From Malacoraja senta (taxonomy: Eukaryota), in NCBI GenBank assembly GCA_038087875.1, contig CM075984.1:14942001-15006000 (forward strand): 64,000 bases of DNA, given 5' to 3'. Below the pieces are notes generated by a model. That model saw nothing but the letters and a program-made list of their open reading frames with translations. It was not told where the DNA came from and made no database searches. Positions 51,508 through 61,620 of this stretch are shown in pieces; position 1 is the stretch's first letter, and every line of letters starts with the position of its first letter. The translations under genes were made by a program, and so were the position numbers.

Positions 51508-52035
51508 GGGGAAATGTGGTGCAGTGGTAGAGTTGCTGCCTTACAGCGCCAGATACCCAGATTCAATCCTGACTACCAGTGCTGTCTGAACGCAGTTTGT
51601 CCAAGCTCCCTGTGTCCGCATGGGTTTTCTCCAGGTGTTTTGGCTTCCTCTCACATTCGGAAGACGTGCAGGTTTGTAGGTTAATTGGCTTCTGTGAATT
51701 GTCCCTGGTGCGTCGGATAGAACTGGGGTATGGGTGATCGCTGGTCAGCATGGATTCGGTGGGCCGAAGGGTATGTTTCCATGCTGTGTTTCTAAACTAA
51801 AGACTAATGTGTGTGATATTTTCTTTACACAGAGAGTAGCGGAGGCCTGGAATGCATTGCCAGGAGTGGTGATGGAGGCAGATAAAATAGTGGCATTGAG
51901 GACTTTTGTTAGGCAAATGGAAGTGCAGGGGATAGAGGGATATGGATCATGTACAGGCAAATGATCAGTTTAACTTGGCATCATGTTCAGAACAAGCATT
52001 GTGGGCCTGATCCACTACTGTTTTATTATATGTTC
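51508..52035 (+). mobile_element. HE1/V-SINE-like SINE (to about 51805) followed by a CR1 3' end
   Basis: SINE head/core/tail, then FFTQRVAEAWNALPGVVMEA. Confidence 0.85.
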
Positions 52036-52835
52036 TATAAACATTGAAAGCTGTCTTACAGCTAACGCAGTTGGTTCAGCTTGGGATACTGCTTAACAAC
52101 ATGTCAAATCCTTCCTGTGTGCCTAACAATCAGTGAAATCTTGCAAATCTCAATGTCAGAAACAGCTTATTTGAGCAACACGGAACAATGGAGCCTAAGG
52201 ATGGGTTTAATGTTTACTGAGCAGTGATAATTTGTTGCCATCTGCCTACATTAGGGTTAATGTACATTAGCAATTTAACTTATCCATCACATTCACATCT
52301 CTGGAATGTGAGGGGAATCCACATGGCACAGTCCACACAGCCAACGCTGGAGGTCAGGATTGAACCTGAGTCGTACTACGATGCTCAACCTCTTTCCCCA
52401 CTGCGCAAAATATATTGTTGAGAGAGAGCTGTTTAATGTGGCATTCTGTTGTGTATCAGCATGTCCGAAGTAGCATGTATCAGAAGCCTATCAAGAGTAA
52501 CTGTATCCGGTCCTGTACCATAAAGAACTTATGCCAATAAAGGAGTAGCATGTTGCAAAGAATATTATCTTAGTAAATATGTCAGATCAGATGGGCGTCA
52601 TATCGGAATTGTTGACTTGGCTGTTGACTTGGAAGCATTATAATTTTGCAGAAATTCGGATAAAATATAATCAAAGGCCAAAACACATTAAGTGGATGAC
52701 AATTATTGCGCTTATGATTAATCTGGGTGTAAAGTCTAGGATAAATGGTGTCCTTTAGGTCACAGGTGCTTAAATAGAGATTGGTATTATGGAAGCATGT
52801 TATTTAAGATTTTTTCCCTATTTTGTTTCCTCCAG

Positions 52836-52981
52836 TCCTGGTGAATGACTCAGCCACTAAAGCACTGACAGCCTTGAGATTGAACATGAAAGTTAAAGCC
52901 AGTATCTGCACAGAACAAAGGGACAACCAGGATGATCTCCAGTGCTCTGGAAGAGGACAGTGTGTCACCAAACCTTCTGAA
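52836..52981 (+). CDS. DNER: DNER internal coding exon (146 bp; about human exon 5): (V)LVNDSATKALTALRLNMKVKASICTEQRDNQDDLQCSGRGQCVTKPSE
   Basis: Acceptor ttttgtttcctccag, donor GAA|gtgagt, phase 1 to phase 0. Aligns with human GFVNDSVTKSIVALRLTLVVKVSTCVPGESHANDLECSGKGKCTTKPSE and includes the start of an EGF-like repeat. Confidence 0.95.
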
Positions 52982-53054
52982 GTGAGTTGGAATTCCTTTG
53001 TGTCACGCTAAATCACTGCAATTAGATTGCAGCAGTACCTTGGGTGCAAAATAA

Positions 53055-53383
53055 TGAGAGGAATAGATTGGGTCTCTTGCCCAGGTGAATCGAGGACAAA
53101 AGGTTTAAGGTGAAGGGGAAAAGATGTAATAGGAATGTGAGGGGTAACTTTTTCACACAAAGGGCAGTGGGTGTATGGAACAAGCTGCCAGAGGAGGTAG
53201 TTGAGGCAGGGACTATCCCAACGTTTAAGAAACAGTTAGACAGGTACATGGATAGGACAGGTTTGGTGGGATATGAACCAAACATGGGCAGGTGGGACTA
53301 GTGTGGCTGGGACATATTGGCCGGTGTGGGCAAGTTGGGCTGAAGGGCCTGTTTCCACACTGTATCACTCTATGACTCTATGA
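53055..53383 (+). mobile_element. CR1 LINE 3' end just downstream of the DNER exon
   Basis: GNFFTQRAVGVWNKLPEEVVEAG; tail ctgtatcactctatgactctatgac. Confidence 0.9.
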
Positions 53384-53629
53384 CAAAGGAAGAAGAGATC
53401 CTGGATGAGCCATTTGTGTTGATCCTATTCATGCACACTTCACTGTGGCTCACTTGATTTCTCTTCCCACCCAGCATTCCCCACTGCTCGCTTTCAACGG
53501 TCTCCCCCTTTGCTGATTGATTATTATCATTATTATCCTCCTCAATCTTGCGAGTTAAATGCCGGAATTTAAATGTCATCACTCTTCTTAAGTTGGTTGA
53601 AGATTACTGGGAGGTAAGTCAGAGGGAGC

Positions 53630-53862
53630 CATGCCCTTGCTATGACGGGCCCTACCCATGACGTGCCCTACCCACGACATATCCTACCCACAACTTGCTC
53701 TTGCTACGACATGCCCTACCTACGACGTGCCATACCCATGACATGCCCTTGCTACCACATGCCGTACCCATGCCTTGCCCTTGCTACAACATGCCTTACC
53801 AACACTGTGCCCTTGCTACGACATACCCTAAGCACGACTTGCCCTGCCCACGACATGCCCTT
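53630..53862. repeat. 16-bp minisatellite, about 14 copies (CATGCCCTTGCTACGA / CATGCCCTACCCACGA)
   Basis: Direct reading; two interspersed unit variants. Confidence 0.88.
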
Positions 53863-54448
53863 CCCTCTCTCTATCCATATCTCTCCCTCGCGTTGATTCA
53901 GTCACAGTTTCACATTCTCCCATTTTATCACCTGTGCATACCCCTATTCTTTTGCTAATGTTCCATTTAACAAGCATTACCACTGAATTTTCCCTATAGA
54001 TAACTTGAATTACCTTCACTTCCCTTTTCTTGTCAAATGTAAACACACGTTTTGACATAGCAGTAAACCAACAACATTGTGTTTACATAAATTCAATCAT
54101 TCTTCCCTTGAAATCAATTCAGAATGCTGTTAAATTATAATTTTAGAAACATTATTTGAAGTATTTTGAAAAGCATTGAAATAGTGGATATTTATTCAAG
54201 CTCTGATTTACTGCACCTTATTCAATCCATGTATTGGCATTATAATGACAGCCTAATGAACTATTTCAACTTTCATTGGCAAAATATAAAATGCCCACGT
54301 TGCAAGAATCTAGTTTAGCTCCAATCCCTGCCCATAAAATGGATTTGGATACATCATTCAGAAATCTTACCCTGGAGACACAAGGGATTGCAGATGTTGT
54401 CAACAATCTATCTGTGGGTTGAACTCAGCAAGCCGAGCAGCTGAGTTA

Positions 54449-55103
54449 AGGGCCTGTCCCACTTACGTGTCCTTGGCACGCAAATTACGCGACCTCGGGG
54501 TCGCGTTGAGGCGCACGGCCATCGTATGGCCGCGCGGGGCCGGTCCCACTGAGAAGCGCGGAGGGGTAAGTAGTTGTGCGCTCCGAAATTTTTGTAGTGA
54601 ACGAAATCTTCGCGCGCCAACAGCCTGTCGCGGAACTGACGGCCAAAGTGGGACAGGCCCAAGATCCTGGCGTGACGCAACGTCTCACCTTCAACAGCAG
54701 CAGAAGCAGGCAAACGATCGCCGAACTCGGCATGGGGCTCACGGCCGTTGCGGTCCAGATCCGCCCCCACTTCTACTCCCAGAGCGGGGCCAAGAAAATT
54801 GAAGATAGACACAAAATACAGGAGTAACTCAGCGGGACTGGCAGCATCTCTGGAGAGAAGCAATGGGTGACGTTTTGGGTCAAGACCCTTCTTTTCAGAC
54901 TGAAGAAGAGTCTCGACACGAAACGTCACCCATTGCTTCTCTCCAGAGATGCTGCCGGTCCCGCTGAGTTACTCCAGCTTTGTGTCCATCTTCAAATGAC
55001 GTCACGCACTCCAGACGGCTGTGCGTACGCATGTAATCGCGCCCGACCTTCGCGGGACCGTCGCGGCTCAACGTAAGTGGGACACGTAAGTGGGACAGGC
55101 CCT
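54449..55103. mobile_element. Composite PIF/Harbinger-type MITE with an internal extra TIR and a Penelope palindrome (about 54799-54995)
   Basis: agggcctgtcccacttacgtgtcc / ggacacgtaagtgggacaggccct; TTA duplication at 54446-54448 and 55104-55106; internal aagtgggacaggccc at about 54646-54660. Confidence 0.9.
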
Positions 55104-55579
55104 TTACTTTCAACAGATTGTTAGAAACCTTATATCCTATAAGATGCTACAGATTTTTATCACTTTCAATGAGATACCACCACCAGACATGTCTTCCATT
55201 CTCCTCCCTTTTCATTATTGTAAAAGGCCTATTCGTTCTGTGACCCACTGATAAGGCGAAGGAGCAGAGTTAAGCCATTTGGCCCATTGAGTCTTCTCCG
55301 CCATTCGATCATGGCTGATTTTTCCCTCCCCCCCTCTTTCCCATTCTCCAGCCTTCTCTGATCCACCCTTCAATCTCTACCAACTGCTCTCCTTATGGCA
55401 CAGCAGAGAATAAGATTGTTTGGGAAAAAAACTCTGTTTTGTTTCTCCAATATATGGAGACCGAAACATTTATTCTCCATATTTCCTCTCTAAATTCTTT
55501 TGACCTACAACTAGTGAAGGTGCTTGTATTTTTGTTCCTTTTCCTGTATCAAGAAGATTATGCGTCCATAATGTGAGGC

Positions 55580-55790
55580 ACAGGGAACTGCAGATGTTGG
55601 AATCTTGAGCAAGTGCTGGAGTAACTCAGTGGATCAGGCAGCATCAGCGGAGGGAATGGATGGGCAATGTTTTGGATTCGGGCCCTTCTGCAGGCTCTAA
55701 ACTGAAGAAGGATCCTGACCCGAAAAGTTGCCTGAACATTCCTTCCACAGATGCTGCCTGACCCACTGAGTTTCTCCACCACTTTTTTTC
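55580..55790. mobile_element. Older palindromic Penelope pseudo-LTR pair
   Basis: tgctggagtaactcagtggatcaggcagcatc / gatgctgcctgacccactgagtttctcca with ctgaagaaggatcctgacccgaaa. Confidence 0.7.
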
Positions 55791-56639
55791 TTTGCGTTCA
55801 TGGTGTGAGCCTGCCTTTCCTTATCACAAATCCCAAGCTACCTGCTCTGTCACTCCGCACTGACTGTTCCACTTTCTGGCAGCAAATGCAGCTGATGATA
55901 ACGATTCATCATGTCATTGGTATTGTCAGAGCATGCTGTTCTGTTTTCAAACACATCCAGTTGTGCTCTTTTATTTAGTTAATTGGGTAAATTGGCGAAA
56001 GCAACCTACTGACTTTTGGCCTTTTTAACAATGAGAAGTTTGGTGCATTGTCAATGTACTGCAGCATCACTTGAACCGGCTCTGCTAAATCTTCTGTGAT
56101 AAGTCATTGCTGAAACTGGAAGAAACATACTGCAATCCATTTAGTTATACTGGTGGTGCTATTTATAATGTGTTGCTTGAAGATCTGTGCAGTCAATTTT
56201 TCCAATTTATTGCTGAGACAAGCAGTTTGGAATTATGGCTCAAAGCATTTGGTCATCATTTTGTACTCTGTTTTTGGCTGCAAAAAGTAGGACAAACGAA
56301 AGATTTTCTTTTTTTATTCCTGCTGTTAGAGGCTCCTTCGAGGTACACAGTCAAGAATAAATGACACTCAAAATCCTGGTTCTATATTATGTTGGATGCC
56401 ACAGCAGGTCTGGCCAGCAGCTGCTCAGAGCTGAGGTAGACAATGCAGTTCCTTCTTAATCAGCTCTGAACTGATGTATCTTCTGCAGCAAAGACTTTTG
56501 CAAAGGGGATCTTGGATTGAAGTCCAATGAATGATTCAAAATGGACTAGATTTTGAATCTATTGTCTATTGTCTGGCCCGTCCCCATGCACCCATCACTA
56601 CCTGCAATCTGTGCACTAATGTGGGTCAGAATGTCAGGA

Positions 56640-57080
56640 GGTCAAATGTGATAGGAGCAGAATTATGTCATTCGGCCCATCAAGTTTACTCTGCCATTCA
56701 ATCATGGCTGATCTATCTCTTCCTCTTAACTCCATTCTCCTGCCTTCTCCCCATAACCCCTGACACCCATACTAATCAAGAAGCTATCTATCTCGGCCTT
56801 AAAAATATCCATTGGCTTGGCCTCCACAGCCTTCTGTGGCAAGGAATTCCACAGATTCACCACCCTCTGACCACAGAAATTCCTCCTCATCTTCATAAAG
56901 GAAAGTCCTTTAATTCTGAGGCTATGACTAGTCCTAGACTCTCCCACTAGTGGAAACATCCTCTCCACGTCCACACTATCCAGGCTTTTTACTATTCGGT
57001 AAGTTTCAATGAGCTCTCCCCCTCATCCTTCTAAACTCCAGCGAGTATAGATCCAGAGCCATCAAACGCTCATCATATGT
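56640..57080 (-). mobile_element. CR1 LINE 3' end
   Basis: DVERMFPLVGESRT…QRVVNLWNSLPQKAVEA. Confidence 0.9.
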
Positions 57081-57504
57081 GAAGATGGAGGGTCTAACTC
57101 ACTCGACTTCTGAAGTCCAGAGTCAAGAGATGTGGTCTCGTCAGCAACTAAACCTCTGGCATTATCTCTGCTCCTGAAACATCTCTGTCAGGTCTTTGAC
57201 AGCTGCTAAAACTGAAGGGGAGATCTTTCCGTACTGTGAAAGTTGCTGCTGAATGTAATAGTGTGGTACTCAAACAGCTAACAACTCAAAACTGCTGGCA
57301 GCAGTCAGTAACTCCAGCCCAGTGACATTACAAGGATAATGCTTTTGGATTATCCTGTCCTTCCCGATGGAAGCATCACAGGGCAACAACTGTGTACAAA
57401 GTGAGATTACGTTGTTGTACTATTGCCACGTTGACATAATGCTGAGATTGTAAATATCATTGAGTGCAGAAGAAGGGTCTCGACATGAAACATTGACGGA
57501 CCAT

Positions 57505-58927
57505 TTCAGTTCAGTTTAGTTTATTGTCACATGTACCAAGGTACAGTGAAAAGCTTTTGTTGCATGCTAACTAGTCAGTGCAAAGATAATACATGGTTAT
57601 TATCGAGCCATTTACAGTGTATACATGATAAGGGAATAACGTTTAGTGCAAGGTAAAGCCAGTAAAGTCCAATCAAAGATAGTCTGAGGGTCATCAATGA
57701 GGTAGATAGTAGTTAAGAACTGCTCTCTAGTTGGGTAAGAAGATTCAGTTGCCTGATAACAATAGACAATAGGTGCAGGAGTAGGCCATTCGGCCCTTCG
57801 AGCCAGCACTGCCATTCACTGTGATCATGGCTGATCATCCGCAATCAGTACCCCGTTCCTGCCTTCTCCGCATATCCCTTGACTCTGCTACCTTTAAGAG
57901 CTTTATCTAACTCTCTCTTGAAAGCATCCTGAGAATTGGCCTCCACTGCCTTCTGAGGCAGAGAATTCCACAGATTCACAACCTTCTGGGTGAAAAAGTT
58001 TTTCTGCATCTCCATTCTACATGGCCTACCCCTTATTCTAAATACTAGGGGTGCCGCATTGAAGGTAGCCTCTGCCTACAGTCTGTTTGTTTTTCTATCT
58101 TTTTTTTATTTTTAGTTAGTTTTAAAAGTATGTGTCTTTAGTTTCTCTAACTTTTCTATGTGGGGGAGGGGGGGTAGGGTAAGGGGGGAAACCGTTTCCC
58201 AGTCACTTCCTGGCGAGGACGCAACTATTCTCCGAGTCGCGTCCTCGCCCCCCCTCCTCGCGGCCTACCACCAGGATTGGAGCGGCCTTTCCTGCCGGGG
58301 ACCGGACCAGAGCTCCAGCAGTGGCGGCGCAACGCTGGGTTCACAGCGGAGCGGGCGATGCCTTACCTGGGATCGCCGTGGAGGCTCCGGAGTGCTGGGC
58401 CTGCTGCATCTACATCGGAGCTGCAGAGCTTCCAGCGCGGCCGGCGCTGTCTTCAACATTGCGGAGACCTGGGGCCATTTGCCGAGGGCCGCCAGCATTG
58501 AATCTCCGCCCGTGGACTTCGGGAGCCGCGGACTCTGGTAGGAGGTGGCCGCCTCGGATGTCCAAGCCGCGGAGGATGTCCTCCAGTCCCGACGTCGGAC
58601 TTCCATCACCCTGGCGAGCGGGCTTGAACATCGGGCCGCCCGTAGTGGCGACAGCGGGGGCTCGGGAGCCCCCCGACCACGGGAGGACAACAGAGGAGGA
58701 TGACTGAATTTTGGAGCCTTCCCTCACAGTGGGGAAACTTTGATCCCGCTGTGTGGGGATGTCTGTGTTAAAAACTATCATGTTCTGTGCTCTTTATTAT
58801 TCGTATGACTGTATGGCGACCACACATTTCACTGTACCAATTAGTACATGTGACAAATAAATGTATCTTGTATCTCTTCTATCTTGTAATAACAGCTGGG
58901 AAGAAACTGTCCCTGAATCTGGAGGTG
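57505..58927. mobile_element. Minus-strand Rex-type 3' fragment split by a CR1 tail (about 57760-58040, -) and a GC-rich retroposon (about 58046-58886, +)
   Basis: Host reads cagttgcctgataaca|gctgggaagaaactgtccctgaatctggaggtg when the insert is removed; ataaca is duplicated. Confidence 0.85.
58046..58886 (+). mobile_element. Apparently full-length GC-rich non-autonomous retroposon with a Rex-Babar-like 3' tail
   Basis: GC head, T-rich tract, G-run, CpG-rich body, tail atttcactgtacc…catgtgacaaataaa plus (tatct)n-like repeats. Confidence 0.8.
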
Positions 58928-59294
58928 AAACGTTTGTCCCAGAACGCAGACGGACAATTTTTAGACTCAATTTACTCCTGAAACGAAGCAGTCTGGGTGA
59001 CACAATGCCAAACACTTGTCATTTGCCCAATTCACAAATATGGATCTCTCACCCTAAAATTTGGATAATACTATGTGGGATAAAGGGAGCTAAATTTACT
59101 AATCTCTAAAAGTGGGAACAGTGAATGTGGTGAATGATCAACCACACCTATTAATGTAAAAAAATACAGCATGCCAACTCGATGCTGCCTGATCATTAAA
59201 ATAAGGGTGGACACTAGCTGATGATAATTGTGCATCTGAAGTATGTAAATGCAGAAATGCTCCCTTTAAAAGAGTTTGTGTCATGTAGTATGAT

Positions 59295-59460
59295 ACTTTT
59301 AAGGCAGAGATAGATAGATTCTTGATTAGTGCAGGTGTTAGGGGTTATGGGGGGGGAAGGCAGGAGAATGGGGTTCAGAGGGAGAGATAGATCAGCCATA
59401 ATTGAATATCGGAGCACTTGATGGGCCAAAATGCCTAATTTTGCGCCTAGCACTTATGAT
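59295..59460 (+). mobile_element. CR1 3' tail
   Basis: tttaaggcagagatagatagattcttgatt…gatgggccaaaatgcctaatt. Confidence 0.8.
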
Positions 59461-59615
59461 TCTTGATAAACTATTGTAGCATTACACTACAGTTCAGTTA
59501 AGAGTTACCATCTTCAACTCAGGATGTTCGATGTGAAGCTTTACCTCTATTCATTTGCTGGGCAGAGTAGTGTTGATAGGTAAGGAGCTATTAAAAAGGT
59601 GCAGGGAGGGATAAA

Positions 59616-60473
59616 GGGGCTGTCCCACTGCAGCGACCGAATTTGCGAGTTTAGAAGAGTTAGCCCTCGACTCAAACTCGCAGCATGGTCGATACGTGGT
59701 CCTAGGAGCGCCTATGGGGTCACTGGAACTCTCCTTCATGCCCGAGGGAAGTTCCCGCATACTCGCGGCCTAAGCTAGGTCTTGGAAAAATTTTCAGCAT
59801 GTTGAAAATTTTTCTGCGAGTAAAAATTGGTCGGCGTGGTTCCTTTTAACTCGTAGTGCAGTGGTGTGGGGTCGCTATATAGTTACAGGCAGTCGACGGC
59901 AGCCGTAGGCAATCTCCTTCGCTGACTGGGCATTTTAATTGGCTCATTGGAGTTTTCAGGACCAAGGAAAACCGACCGGTAAGTAAAATACCCGCTAAAC
60001 TTTATTATACGTTGTCTGACTTCTTAAAAGTGTCTCCACTCCTTCTCCCCCTCTTCTCCCTCCATTCTCTCCCCTTCTCTCTCCTTCTCTCCCCTTCTCT
60101 CCCCACCCCCCCCCACCCCCCCCACCTCCGCGCTCTCTGAAGGACTTACCGTACACTATGCAGCCGTCTTTTACCTTCCTCTTCATCGCGGGTGTGAATT
60201 TCAGACAGCGCTCCCCCGCTTTCCNNNNNNNNNNNNNNNNNNNNNNNNNNNNNNNNNNNNNNNNNNNNNNNNNNNNNNNNNNNNNNNNNNNNNNNNNNNN
60301 NNNNNNNNNNNNNNNNNNNNNNNNNNNNNNNNNNNNNNNNNNNNNNNNNNNNNNNNNNNNNNNNNNNNNNNNNNNNNNNNNNNNNNNNNNNNNNNNNNNN
60401 NNNNNNNNNNTCGTGGTTTTATCGCTGACGGTCGATCCACCTGGAGGTTTTCCAGGCGAGTGCCCTCGAGCTT
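59616..60473. mobile_element. PIF/Harbinger-type MITE (family of 5371-6060) spanning an assembly gap; far end truncated
   Basis: taa|aggggctgtcccactgcagcgacc start; body is the reverse complement of the 5371 copy. Confidence 0.85.
60225..60410. other. Assembly gap (186 N)
   Basis: Run of n. Confidence 1.
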
Positions 60474-60539
60474 TGTCAGGTACAATTGAGAATGTGAAGC
60501 TTGGACTGAACAAAAGGCTAAGCAAGCAAGTTTGAGACC

Positions 60540-61620
60540 CTCCTGGATAGGTTTTGGACAGTGGTTTAGCTGAAGATGCATGTGTAGAGTATGAAGGAAA
60601 CCCAAACAAAATAGTGCAGTGTAGCACCACCATGATCAAGGGACAAGGCAGTGAATGAGAAAGTGATATTTACAGACGTAGGGCTGCAAATAGTGGGCAA
60701 TATTAATAAATAATTTACCATCAGAGACTCAAAGAACTTATTGAAGATATGCTTAGCCTGTCATGGATTCACAAGGTTGACCGATTGAATGAAAACTAAG
60801 CATATATATATATTTCACCACATGCACAAATGAAGCAACTATTGCATTAAGATGACAGCATTCCATTGACAGGAAGCATCAATCGGCAACCCAGCTATGT
60901 AGCCAGTTATGAAGTTGAGAAGCAGACCAACAGAGCACTAAGTGATGAGTTAGTTAGAGAATTGGAGAGGATGGGGTGTCAGAGAGAAACAATGGTTAAA
61001 AGGTTTAAAAGAAACAACCATTTCAAATATTGATTTGGGAAGAGTGGAACTGGTGGCAAAATTTGGAGGCAGTTAGTTCACTCGGAGGGTATTAAGTATA
61101 ATCTGTTTGAACAGCATAAAAGAAGCAGGTCAAAGGTGCTTCAGAAAAACATCTGTGTCCACAACAAGATGAAATCAACAGGCTCAGCGGGAGGTGCTGC
61201 ATGGTGGTCATATTGATTGGATCTAGCAAAGTCAATACTAAGAAGTTTCAACTATATGTGAACACTGGAGAAGAGCTCAAAATTCGCAGCCTCTTGTTAT
61301 TTACAGAACAGCTGAATGGACCAAATTAAGTGCTGATTGAGTTGAATGCTTTGAGAAAAGACTGCAATGCAATGTAAAGGCAGATGTAAAGCTCTGAGTG
61401 TCCACTGAAGGATGAAACAGTAGTTATGAACTTAACACCTTGCAGCAGAGTTGGAGTGTGAAGGATCAGACTGAAAACAGTCATGTTAGCCATGAAAGTC
61501 ATGAAGAGATCTAGAGAGGGGATTTCACAAGAGGTGACTTTGTAGCTTGAATGGTTAAAGCAGAAAAAAAGATCTGAGGGAGTTAGGGTGCTAGGAAGTG
61601 TGAAAGAAGAGGCACAGAGA
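60540..61620 (-). mobile_element. Probable very ancient L2-type LINE remnant
   Basis: Purine-rich + strand; minus-strand fragments LIHCLV…HCTILFGFPSYST resemble L2 LIHAFV.SRLDYCN.LL.GLP; weak. Confidence 0.4.

Noticed and set aside
53630-53862. CRISPR-like appearance of regular repeats
   Set aside because: No unique spacers, vertebrate context and no cas genes; it is a minisatellite.
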